Shown: positions 36,301 through 62,100 of the stretch, piece by piece | Numbering within the stretch: the first letter of the stretch is position 1 | Layout of the letters: every line of letters begins with the position of its first letter | Assembly: GCF_036321535.1 (NCBI RefSeq) | Contig: NC_087454.1 | Span: forward strand, 21,018,001 to 21,082,000 | Source: Camelus dromedarius | Taxonomy: Eukaryota | Length of the DNA stretch: 64,000 nt | Direction of reading: 5' to 3' | Notes under the pieces: generated by a model | Database searches by the model: none | What the model saw: only the letters and a program-made list of their open reading frames with translations | Told to the model about the DNA's origin: nothing | Position numbers and translations under genes: made by a program

Positions 36301-38583
36301 GCCCTCCCACTCTCCAAAGCCCTGCGATCATCTTATTCCCCCTCTTTATTGTCCTTGGGGCTGGAGAATTCCCATTAGACCAAGCAAATATTTACAGTAA
36401 AACTTAAGCGGAAAATGTGAAAACAGAGAAACAGGAATTTTACAAAACATGGGCTTCTAACACAAATCTAGTGACTGCATTTAGAAGGCTGTTGGGATAG
36501 TCAGACCTAGAATGAAGAGAGTTTGGCCTTTGGTGACCACAGTGAGAATGGAGAGAAAGGAGCCACAGGAAAACATTTTGATTGTGGACAACACAGGGCT
36601 AGTGTCTGAACATGAGAAAGGCATGGACCATGCTGGTGCTTGGAGCCTTGGATACTAATGGGTTCATGATGGGAATAAGAAAGGGGAGCCACTTTCAAGG
36701 AGATCACAAGGGAGTGGGGTGCAGGTAGAGCTCTGGGAAGATGGAGTCTGAGATAACAATGGGTTATCCAATGGGAATGTCATGGAGGCCAGTAGATGAC
36801 AAGGCTGGAGCTGGGCATGGAAACTTGGATCTGGGAATCACCTGCAGAGATGAGCTGGGTTAGCTCAACAGGGCAAATGCTCTTAATGATCAAAGAACTG
36901 AGTCATGAGGAAAGTCCATAATTAAGGATCCAGAAGAGGACAGTTCACCACTGGGAAGCAGGAAGGGAGTTCATAAAAGCTAATGGAAGAAATAGATCAA
37001 TTGTAAGAGATTGTTCAGATGCCAAATGCTACAGAGACACAAAGAGAACTGAGTGCTGATTTTTTTTTTTTTAAGCAGTAGCTTGATCAGTAAGAAGTTC
37101 ACTTTTAAGTGATTAGTGTCAGCAAAGAGTAGCAAGTATGGAATAATGGAGAATTGGTTTTTGAGGGATTCCAAATGAAGGATGACCATAACAAAGGAGC
37201 AGTATCAAGCAGCCCGCTGGGGTTGGGGTAAGGCAGTGAGGTTCTTGCTAGCCTGAGAATGGGCACCTCCTTACATTTTGCACCCTAGGTGCCTCGCTCA
37301 CCTTATCCTAGTCCCTGCCCTATCAAGCAATTAGTTCATTTGTTTGTTTGTAGACAGCGGACTCCTGGGTACGTCTGAAAAAGGAGGGGAAAGTAAACCA
37401 AGTGGAAAAGTGTAAAGACATTGGAAAGAAAGGTGACAAGCCGCAGAGTAAGACCTTCCAGGGCTGACAAGATGAGTTAGGGAAGAAGAATCAGGAAGAA
37501 GAAACATGTCCACCCTGACAACAGGATAACTGTGGAAACAAACACAGTGAGAGGTAGGAGACAGAAAAGAGAAATGGAGTTTCATGGAGATAAACACGTT
37601 GAGAGGCAACTCAGAGACATTCCATTTGACACATAAACACCTTTTGTACTATATTCACTCATACCTGTAACTTTAATAACGTAATATAAACTTTGAGGGT
37701 GTTGGAGCTACGTGGTGAATGAAGGAATAAATGAGTGGATGTAAGAAATAAAACAGTGAATAAATAAATATATGCAGATTTTAGTTTAAGTATTTTGTGT
37801 TTTGTGCACCAAAGGGTCTGAAAACAGAGTTGGGAAAGTGAGGGCCTCCATAAAAACTGAGGCCCCACAAACCGCCCATCACCTACCTGCCAACAGAGAA
37901 GAGACACATGAAAAAGATGGCACTGACAAAGGCATCCGGGTCAAAATCACCTCCCAGGATGTCAATCACACGACCAGAATAGTAAGGGATTAATGTCTCA
38001 CCTGCAAGAGGCAGGAAGGACAGCAGATGAAAGTGCTGGTGCCAAGGGCCTTTTCCCACCTCCAGCTCACAGCGCCCTCTCCTGACTCACCCAACACGGC
38101 AAGGACCAGGAAGAAGAAGGCGGCAGCCAGGAGAGGCAGGTCTGGCCTGGAGAGCTGCAGCAACCTCCACATAAAGGCTCTGTTGTTCTCCTGGTCCCGC
38201 TCCCTCTCCTGGGGTCCTGGGGCACCCAACACAGCCCACACCGCCCAGCTCAGTCCTGCAGCCCCGGAGCCCAGCAGCAGCCAGCTCCAAGAGGCCGAAG
38301 CCACTCTGGCCGGGGGAGCACTCAAGGCCCCTGGGACGAGGGCCCTCAGGGAGAGAAACAGGGGGGTCACCAGGCAGAAGGGGGGCAGCAGTGCTCCCAC
38401 AAATCCCAGCAGCCCCCCCAGCCTTAGCAGCCACCAAAGCCCTCCAAGTCGCAAGGCGCCCTCCAGCCACAGGCCTAGAAGCCCTGGGGGAAGCAGGGCC
38501 CCCAGAGGCCCCCGCAGTAGCCAGAGTAAGGCCGAGTCCGCCAGCAGCAGGGAAGCCCAGGGTCTCAGGTCAGAGAGCCGCAT
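30327..38583 (-). CDS. TAP2: Antigen peptide transporter 2 (ABCB3), 719 aa, 11 coding exons
   Basis: Exons 38091-38583, 37887-38001, 35724-35854, 35276-35481, 33669-33866, 33386-33514, 32078-32266, 31755-31928, 31412-31571, 30915-31051 and 30327-30554 total 2160 nt, all GT-AG. Motifs: Walker [10 protein letters not shown], degenerate signature LAVGQ, Walker [13 protein letters not shown]-switch IAHRL. Confidence 0.97.
32700..33300 (+). mobile_element. L1MC-like 3' fragment in a TAP2 intron
   Basis: actatttttgaaaactggtaaatacagggaaagaac...gtgtgataatggctttgcagtt...acaaggctggccatcag. Confidence 0.6.
34195..35100 (+). mobile_element. L1 ORF2 end/3'UTR fragments in a TAP2 intron
   Basis: aactcaaaatggatcaaa, caaaattaaaaacttttgtgcatcaaagg, aacaaacacatgaaaagatgctcaacatcact. 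A second 3' piece is nested at about 34690-35000. Confidence 0.85.
35101..35152. repeat. Compound (CT)n(CA)n microsatellite
   Basis: actctctctctctctatctctctctcatactcacacacacacagacacat. Confidence 0.85.
36400..37200 (+). mobile_element. L2 remnants in a TAP2 intron
   Basis: gagtttggcctt...ggagccacaggaaaacattttga...ggatctgggaatcacctgc are L2-like. Approximate. Confidence 0.5.
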
Positions 38584-39018
38584 GGCGAAATCTGTGGGTA
38601 GAAAGTGAGAAATTACAGAGTTGGGGTCCCAGCCCTTGTCTCTGTCCTCCCCACTCCCACTCTGCCCAACGCATCCACCGGCTTCTCAGTTTGTTTACCC
38701 AATGCCGCCCCGAAAGATGCCCTGAGTACCCCGTGCTCACCAGTACCTCCCTCCTAGGACCCAAGGCATTCGGCCTGACGGAGGGAGCTGGGAAGCCTGA
38801 CACATCTGCAGCCTCATCCTTTAAAAAAAGTTGCCAGGGCCCCCTCCCCCACACCCCGCTCCCACCAGCCGCCCCGAGTTCCAAAGGGCCGGGCGGTCGG
38901 TGCCCTGCTCCTCTGCTTCCCGAGGTCCAGAGGGACAGGAAGCGGGGGGGGCGCAGAGTGGGCGGTGGCTGGGCTGCGTCCGTGTCAGCGCTCCAGGTTT
39001 CCACCCGCACGAACTCAC

Positions 39019-39110
39019 CAGCGGCGCTCCTGGGCTGCAGCTCTGGGGGGTCTTTCCTCTAAGCGCTGGGGCTGAGCTCTGAAATGCCGCGCGCGGTCTC
39101 AGCTTGGTTT
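39019..39110 (-). other. TAP2: TAP2 non-coding first exon (5' boundary approximate)
   Basis: Donor ctg|gtgagtt at 39018. Acceptor cccacag|atttcgccATG at 38591/38592. Lies in a CpG island. Confidence 0.6.
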
Positions 39111-39155
39111 CCCCTCTGCGGGCTGGCGAGGCTCTCCCAGGCAGCGCCTCCCTCC

Positions 39156-39179
39156 GCTTTCGCTTTCGCTTTCGCTTCC
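39156..39179. promoter_or_regulatory. TAP2 promoter ISRE/IRF element (GCTTTC)x3 + GCTTCC
   Basis: gctttcgctttcgctttcgcttcc directly upstream of exon 1, i.e. tandem GAAANNGAAA. Confidence 0.85.
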
Positions 39180-39206
39180 CTACCCGGGGCCTTGTTCTGG
39201 GCCCGG

Positions 39207-39225
39207 CGGCCAGCAGGGGGCGCGC
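39207..39225 (+). promoter_or_regulatory. CTCF motif in the TAP2 promoter
   Basis: CGGCCAGCAGGGGGCGCGC, a 14/14 core match. Confidence 0.75.
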
Positions 39226-40779
39226 GACCCCCGCAGACCTCCCGACAGACGCCCGACTCCTGCTCCCCTGGCCAGGGCGAGGTTGGTCTCCCACCATCAG
39301 CAATAGCTACTCTGTCATAGGAAACTATTGCGATTTTTTAAATTGCCTCTAAGTAAAGTGAAGCTGTTTCACAGTTTAGGATGCTCTGTAATTGGAGAAC
39401 CAATGGATTTTCTTACCTCAAATTCTTACTGCCTCAGCTCTGAACCTATTTTGGAATTGGCCCTCTTCCCCCATCCAAGCTCCAGTTGTAGCATCTTGTG
39501 GGGAGCGCGGAGAGGGAGCCATATTCCGAGTGAGAAGTACTCAGGACTTCTAAGTGGAAGGCCCAGTCGCTCTCACCAGGACCTACATGCGTTTCCTCTT
39601 AATAGATTATGAGCTGAGAAGGCCCTCACCCCATGTCTGCATTTGTCTTTCTCAACACAGCTCCTTGAGCAGAAAATGTATTCAGGTAACTCTAAATTTG
39701 TGGTCCAAATTACGTTGGGAGCACCTTCCTCGTATGAGGGGAGTGAATTTTGTTTCTTGGCCTATTTTAACACTGATTAGTGAGGTAATCAGGTTTGCAT
39801 GGGTCCTGCCTAACCCAGAGTCTCTCCGTGGACCGTGCAGATTGGTTTCCTCCAGAAACAACTCTTCAGGTTGAAACTACCTCCCAGACTCAGAATACCC
39901 CTCGAGGGAGGACTGCTTGGATTCCAGTCCACCCTTTTGAAATGTTACCGGTATGACTACCAATGAGTCACTTCAAATTGAAAGTGGGAAGTGGGAGATT
40001 AGAAGTTAGGGGCTTACTAAAATTTCTCCAACCCTGTCCACTCTGGAACCTTAAGGATCTCTAAGGAGAAAAGCTCCACACTCAGCGGCTTCCTACTCAC
40101 AAGCTCTTCTTTTGACTGCCTCTCCTTAGAGAGGGTGTAGCACCCTGCTCCCTCCAGCGGTCCCAGCGTGATTCGGAAAATCTCATTACGTCTCTCACCT
40201 TTCTATCCGGGTCACTTTTTCCTCACATTACCACTTCAGCGGGCCCTCCTTATCTCCTCTTCCACTTCAATCCTGGTCTTGTCATCTTTCAATTGAGTGT
40301 GACACATCATGAAATTGAAGCCCTAGTGTCTGTCTTTACCTTTAATATCCAATCTCTCCCCAGTGTTATTTGAGGTAAATGGGACCGTGTTTACAATTAC
40401 TGCACACATGGGAACCAGAAGCTTTTCCATCCTACTCTACAAAGTCAAAAACAGTGTTTCTAAGTGCCCTACTCCCAAATAACCATTAACAACTGATTAT
40501 ACAGGCGTCTCCAGGCTGTGTTCCCATAGAAAGGGCTCTAACCTAAATTAAACTGCACAGAACTGTTCACAGACCGTGTTGAGCCTTCCTGAGGTCCTGG
40601 AGAGGTGAGCGTGGAAGGAAAACCCAGGAGAGATTTTGGGTGAGGCCCCATTTCTTAGGCAGGGGTTTGAGTCTCTCTTCTCAGAAAAAGTCTGTCTTTA
40701 TTTCCAGCCCACTCCTTCCAACAACCACAGCCCCAACGCCACTCAGCCACAACACAGAGGCATTTATAACCGTTACCTC

Positions 40780-40785
40780 TTTATT
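40780..40785 (-). terminator. PSMB8 polyadenylation signal AATAAA
   Basis: tttatt about 220 nt downstream of the stop. Confidence 0.65.
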
Positions 40786-41004
40786 GTGCTTAGTGGGGCA
40801 CCCAGGAGGTTGGGGTGGGGGAATGCTAGTTGAGACAGAGAACACACAAAAGGTAAACTCTGCCTTGCACCTCCCAGTGGCCCTCGTTGGTTCTCTATCT
40901 CTGGGCTCAGTCAGAGTAGGCCCCTCTTTCTCCTGGGGTGGAAACTGGCCCAGGTCCCTAAGTTGACCAGGCTTCTCCAGAGGCTTGCCCAGCTGCCGCC
41001 ACCA

Positions 41005-43960
<2,956 letters not shown>

Positions 43961-43996
43961 GATCGCCTAGCACCGGAGATCGGTCGGTGCTCACAG

Positions 43997-44016
43997 GGGG
44001 AAGTGAAAGCGAAAGC
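43997..44016. promoter_or_regulatory. PSMB8 promoter ISRE
   Basis: ggggaagtgaaagcgaaagc about 40 nt upstream of the ATG. Confidence 0.85.
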
Positions 44017-44247
44017 CCGAAGCCTCAAGGGGAGGGAACCAGAATTTTTTTCCACATCCCCCTGCCCTTTCCGAGAAGCGAACAGTGGGAGTCTGGGGAT
44101 CAGGAATATTATGTTGGGGACAGGTTTCTCTGCTCCGCCTTCATGAAATTTAGAGAAACAATGGGTGATAAACTGTCAGAAGAAAGGAAGAAAGAGCGCG
44201 AGCGGCTTCGAAAGCCCCTTGGGCGATGAGATTTCAGTAAGAGACAC

Positions 44248-44385
44248 CGACAGGCTGGGGCATCCTCCGGGAACAGTTACCCGGTGGGTAGGGGTCCTAT
44301 CATCAACCAGAAAGGTGGAAGTCAGCAAGAACCCGGGAGCAGTTTCAAATCGGGAATGGGGGAGGGGTGTTCATAGGAGCATCAT
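44248..44385 (-). pseudogene. Degenerate homologue of the human PSMB8 alternative first exon (E1)
   Basis: ATG ATG CTC CTA TGA gives an immediate stop. Downstream it reads LTSTFLVDDRTPTHRVTVPGGCPSLS followed by a gtgtct donor, resembling human E1 (MLIGTPTP...LTSSLLVE...VSSGCPGLE) as recalled. Confidence 0.55.
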
Positions 44386-45218
44386 TTTATAAAAGCAGGG
44401 GAGGGATAGGAGTACATGCGGGTAAGTAATCTTGAGGACGGGTCCTGGGGCGCCGGGAAACAGAATACACCCGCAGCGTGGGGGAAGGGAGCACGAAAGA
44501 GAGGGTGCGGCCTCTGAATCTTTCGACCTGGTCCTCCTTAGGGCCGCTCCCGGTTCAATGGTCTCCCTAACTGGTAGCCTCCCACACGTACTGCCCTTTC
44601 TGCCCGCACCTCCTCGCGTAATTCTTGCTTGAACGAGCACTTCGGAGTTCAACTCCTCGAAACCCCACCTCTCCTTGCAACCTGTGTTGGTCTAATCTGC
44701 CCAGCAACTGTTGACGTCACACTACCATGGCCCTGTCTGAATGATAGAGGTTTTACTAGATCACTCCCGCCACACCCCCTCCCACCCACCTACCACCATC
44801 GCCGCCACTTCACTGAGATCACCCTCGCAGGTGCCACTTCAGAGCCGAGTAGGCCCGGCTGGAAAGGACCGGGGTGGGGAGGGGTGACGTGTGAGCTCCC
44901 CCGCTGGCGCACTGGCACCTCCTCTAGCCGCTCTCGCCCTCGGTCTTCCACCTGGGGGCTGTGAGGCCCGGCAGCTGCCGGTACCTTGGAGGGCGAGGTA
45001 GCCCCCAGTCTGGCTCATTCCTGGGGGCGGGTGTAGGGGGATGGGGAAGTGGAGAGGGCAACCAAAGGAAATTGAAAACTTGAGGGAGAAGATGGCACAC
45101 TCAGGGCTGTGAGGATGCTGAAAGTGGGAGAGACCTGGCTTATAAAAAGTGCACCGCAAAAGTCGGTGAGCCATTTGGTCTACCGAAAACACAAGAAACC
45201 ACAGTAGAAAACACCAAT

Positions 45219-45255
45219 TTTATTATAAATATCAAGAATCCACAGGGTATTTATT
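45219..45255 (-). terminator. TAP1 tandem polyadenylation signals
   Basis: tttatt at 45219-45224 and 45250-45255, about 370-400 nt after the stop. Confidence 0.7.
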
Positions 45256-45624
45256 GGCCAGCATATGCCTCCGGTCAGACTGGAAAGCAGCCGATCTTCC
45301 CTTTCTGTGTATTCTAAATATTATCCTCATTCTAAGGGTGCTAGTCACACCAACCCTGGCTCCAAACCCTAATTACACGAAGGCATTATTATAAACCTTA
45401 GTCTCTTCCAGGAAATCTGCATTATCAAGAGGATTTTGGAGGAGCGTAACACTCAGAGCAAAATTTCAGGCATCACCTGGGGGTTACGTTTTAGAACCTC
45501 ACCCCTCCTAGAAGCAGCTGCCTCCTCTGCAGCTCTAGTAAGACCTTGCTTTGTTCTCAAACTCTCCACTATAGAGAGAAGGTAAAAAGGGAGGGAGATG
45601 GAGTGTGCAGGTCTGAGAAGTCTT

Positions 45625-52611
<6,987 letters not shown>

Positions 52612-53257
52612 TGGCTCGCTGGCGCAGTTCGAGGTCGGCCCTGGGCCTGGGACTCTCCGCTGTCCCCGCTGGGCCGAAGTCTTCGGATGCTGTTGGAGTC
52701 CGTGCAGAGCGGGCGCCCGGGCCGGCGGCGCGGGAAGGGAGAAGGGGCGGGCCGGGGCGGGCTCTCGGAAAGTCCCGGGAACCGGCTGAGCCTGCTGGAG
52801 CTCCTAGAAGAGAGCGGTTTAGGGGAAAGGGAAAGCGAAAGCGGCTGCTGGCTCACTCGATCCGCCCATTTCTGAAGGCGGCCGGCCCGAGCTATTTTGG
52901 GAGAGGGCGTTGAAGTCAGATCTGAGGTTTGGGGCAGCAGCCCCGGTGCTCCATCTCCGCCATTAGATCTGAGGTTTGGAGGAGTAGCCCCAATGCTCCA
53001 TCTCCTCCTTTCCTCGCCTCCTCTAGCGGATCTCCCTGTCAGGACTTTCTTACCCCAGCCTCTGGGCGGGGCTCTTCCGTCATTTGTCTCCGGGCAGATC
53101 TGCCCCGTACAGGTTAGCGCCCGGGTGCCAAGGCTCACAGAGAGGACCCAGGCGCCCCCTGGCGGGCGTAACGAAGGGGCGGGGCTGCAGGCAGAGCACA
53201 GCGCGCTGTCCCAGGTCGGAAACCAGCGCCCCAGGCAGCGAGGAGCGTGGCGCCGGG
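52612..53257. promoter_or_regulatory. TAP1/PSMB9 bidirectional CpG-island promoter (646 nt between ATGs)
   Basis: GC boxes 52744-52761, kB GGAAAGTCCC 52767-52776, GAS TTAGGGGAA 52819-52827, IRF-E GGGAAAGCGAAAGC 52829-52842, X-like box 53077-53094, CTCF motif 53152-53165. Confidence 0.93.
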
Positions 53258-57955
<4,698 letters not shown>

Positions 57956-57986
57956 ATCTTCCTCAGACTTCCCTTGTTTACTTTGT

Positions 57987-57992
57987 AATAAA
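57987..57992 (+). terminator. PSMB9 polyadenylation signal AATAAA
   Basis: aataaa 31 nt after the stop. Confidence 0.75.
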
Positions 57993-59199
57993 CTTTCTGG
58001 GGCCAGAACCTGGTATGGTCCATGGGTGCTCAGGGAGATGACGCTGGGGAAGGGGGCTTCCCTCCCAGATGTTAGCACACCCTTTTTATTCTTTTGTCCC
58101 CCGATCTAAACATCTTTCCCACAGGTAAGAGTGAGGATGGGAGGGAGTATACTAGAACAGGAAGAGCCCTGTACATCATGTTCTGAGGGATTCTGAAACA
58201 TTAGAAACAATACAAATTCCCATTCTGGTGCCCAAGGGATGAAGCTGCAAGTGAAAAGCTGGGATTCATTCCTTCAAGGCTAAGACTGATAGGTAGCTAA
58301 GACAGCTACACACATGAGAATCAGCTTAGAGCACCAGCAAAGTCACATGCAAAAATTCCTTTCATAATGCATTCACTCACATTAGAGACCAATACATGAT
58401 AAATACTAAATATTGGGGCGGGGGGCACTTGTGACTTTCAAAGAATAATAGCGATAACCAAAAAAGCTACATTTACTGAACGAGGCATTAGCTAAATGCT
58501 TTCAAACTTTACCTCTTAGAACCCAAACCAAAAACCTTATGTAGGTACGACTATTTCTTCCATGTAAGGAGAGATGGAGGCTTAGAAGGATTAAGTCAAG
58601 GCAAGTTCAAAAGCTGAGATGCAGGATTTTGTTTACCATATGCCCTTCCTCTACCGCTACATAAAACTCTCCATTTCCTCAAGCTTCATATATCTGCTGC
58701 TCTTTGAAATCTGCAGTAATTAGTCCAGTCCATTATTTGGCACGTAGGAAGTTGTTGCTAGATGCCTGAGTAATTGTATCAAACACGCGAGCTCCAGTCC
58801 TGTCTCTGCCGTGCTCTTCCTGAGTGACAGGACACATTCCCCTTCTCAGAGCCCTCATTTTCTCTTCTGTCAAAAAAAGGGCTGAGTGACTTCTACGGTG
58901 GTTTACAGCTTTGACATTCAATGCCATTTTGCTCACAAGTGAGCAGTTAGAGGTATATTTAACAGAAATACTAGTAGGCTACCCAGGAAGTTTCTGTCTG
59001 CTTTTCTTTCTAGATTTCAGGCCAAACATACAAATTCAAAGTACCTTAAAACACTCCCATGTCCTTGGGAGTGTGTATTTGGTTTGGAGAAAAATAACCT
59101 ACAATTACTAGCACCTTCAGTTCTTTCTAGACATGCTATTTAATTTACTTTGAAGTTATATGTAATAGATTAAGAGCTTATCTCTCCTGCTGATCACAA

Positions 59200-62100
59200 C
59201 TAGAAACTCTGCAAAGTAGACAAAAGAAAGTACTAAATGACTCTGAAAAATAAACAAAAGCAGGTAGAGAGTGCAGGGAGTCAAAACTTGGAAAGGCAAT
59301 GCTCTGGGGGGAGGGTGGGTTCAATTTTTTTTCCTCTTGTGGTTCTGCCCTGAAGTCAGGCCTCGGTGGCAGAGCTGCACTGCCGAGCTGAGTCTCCCAG
59401 GAAAACACCATCATTCTGGCCAGAGGCACTGAGAGAAGGAGCCCTTGTGGGCAGGAGCGTGAAGGGGACTCTCCCAGACGAGAGCCCTGGAGAAGGGGCC
59501 CCCCTAACTCTAGGTGTGAACACCCCTGAGCCGCACAGTTGCGCGGCTCACCCAAAACCGCGCAGCAAAGGCTGTGAGGACCGAATTAAGATTTAAACCT
59601 TTTGAAAGTAGGTGGCCATCTTTTTCTTTATTGGCCAAACAATTGTGTCCTTATGCCCCTCGTTCCAAAAAAGGTTGTAGCAGTGTATGGGACAGACACA
59701 ATTTAAAAAGAAGGAGGAGGAATAGGAGGGGAAGAAGAAATTAGAGCAAAGACAAAATGAAGTTAAGAAATAAGTGAAGCCAAGGGGTAAAACTAATATA
59801 CAACATGAATATCTTTTTTTAAAAAAGAAAAGTGATGCACTGGACCTGTCCTGAACAGCCTAACAAGAACAGATTGTAAAATAGTCAGGAATTGTGAACG
59901 GCAGGGGTCGCTTGACATTGACCATTGTGGGAGTATTTATACTACAGAAACCAGCAATGTCAGAACTTTTTGGTTTTTTCCCCCTGGAGAGCCAGTTTAA
60001 CAGGACACGTGTTTATCAGCCAGCTATAGATGGATAAAAGAACAACTGGCTCTGAGCTACAGGGTAGTAAAAGCAAAACAGGAGATGAAATCAGGTACAA
60101 GATGCAAAAGATTCATTTAAAAATGAATCGTTCAAAAACAACAATATACAAACGTGTGTGTATATATATATAATTTTTCAAGTCACACAGGACATTTACT
60201 GAAATGGAATATGCATTATGCCATAAAGAATGCTCTATCAAACTCCAAAAATGTAATATCTTTGAAACTACATTTTGCAGCCATACTGTATTAGATTAGA
60301 ACTTGAAAACAAAAGGACACCTAAAATTCTCATGGCTTGCAAACTAAGAAAATGTTGATAAATAACATGGATTTAAAAGGTAGTCATAAAGGAAATTTAC
60401 TCATTTAGAACTAGGTAATAAAAGTGATAAACAGCAAATTTTGTAGGGCAGAATACTATTCAGAATTTTACAGCTTCAAATACATTTATTAGGGCAAAGA
60501 AGTTAAAAATAAATGACTCTAAAATTCTCCTAAAAATTTGTAAAAAAGAGCATTTGAGCAAACCTAAAGAAACAAGAAGTTAGGAAATTACAAAGATAAG
60601 AAGAGAAAGCAATTTAATAGAGAACAGAAACTTACGTAGTGACGATTCACAAAACCAAAAGCTGCTTCTTAAAAAAAAATTTTGTAAGATGTTCAGACTT
60701 AAAGCAAGACTGATCATGAATAAAGGGAAGGAAAAGTGAATAAACAAGATACAGAATGAAAAAAAGGGGGATAGCTACAGATACAACAGAGATATGAGAC
60801 ATAATAAAGGGTATTATGAGTAAGTATACGCTAATGGATTTGAAAACCTAGGTAGAGATAGGCAAATTCGTAGAAAAATTTAATCTACCAAAAGTAGCAC
60901 AAGGAGAAATAGAAAACTTGACTATACCAGTAAATATGAAGAAATGGAAAAAGTTGCCAATGGCTTCTGGTAAAATTAATTTTTTTAACTGCCCAGATAG
61001 TTCTGCAGGTGAGTTCCAGCAAACATTCAAGGGACATGCAACTCTTATGGTAGGTATTTTATTCCAGAATAGATTAAAAGATTAAAAGCTGCTCAGCTAA
61101 TTTTATCAGGACAGCATAATCTTGATTCCAAACTGATGTATAGGAAATTCAAGGAAAGAAAATAATAGGCCCATTTCACCTTGAACATAGTGGGAAAAAA
61201 TAAATTATTATTTTATGAATTGAATTTCATGGTATTAAAATAATAATTCACCAAGAGCATATGGGAAATTCTTAGAAGCAAGGATGCTTCAATATAACAA
61301 AATACACTATTATAATTCACCATACTCATAGACTAAAGAGGAAAAATCATCTGCTTTTCTCAATCAATTAAGAAGAGGCATTTTATATAGTTAAATATAC
61401 ATTTATGATTTTTGAAAAACAGTTAAGGAACCAGGAATCAAATAAGACTTTTCTTATCTTGGTAAAGGTTATATTCTTAAAAATCTATAACAAGCAGTAT
61501 ACATAAGGAAAAGTTTTAGGTGTCCAAGACAAGAAAGCTCACTATAATTGCTAGCTCTGAATCCAGGCTAATGCGTAAGGAAGAAAGAGGAATGAGAGGA
61601 CTGGATAAAACTATTATTTTCAGATCATAGGATCATTTACTTAGAAATGATAAACAACAGAAGCAGCAAATTACTAAAATAACAAAAGACTTTTTCAAGA
61701 TTTTTAGCCATAAGAACAACTTACAAAAATGCATAGCATTTCCCTACACCAGAAAAACCAATAAAAAATCAGAAATCATGTACAAAAGCCAAAAAACGAT
61801 AAAGTATCTACTGATTAACTTAATTAAGAAATTGTAGAAAATGTAAAATTCTAAAAAAGTCATTGAATATGATTTGAAATAATGCAGAGTCATTTTGCAT
61901 TCTCAGCTAGGATCACAATCTTTTAAAGATATCCAGTTGCCCCCAATTTAATCTTTAAATTGAATATAATCCTAATTGAAGCTCCATTTGATCTTTTCAA
62001 GGAAATTTATAAATTTACTCTAAAATATATATGACAGAATAAAGGCCCTTAGATAGCTAAGTAAGCCTTTAAGAAAGAACAATATAAAGGGGAAACTTGT

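Noticed and set aside
35855-37886. Orthologue of the human TAP2 intronic recombination hotspot
   Set aside because: Hotspots depend on species-specific PRDM9 motifs, and nothing in the sequence supports activity here.
44400-45150. PSMB8-AS1-like antisense lncRNA
   Set aside because: The region is GC-rich with a plus-strand donor-like ggtaagt near 44421, but a transcript cannot be defined from sequence alone.
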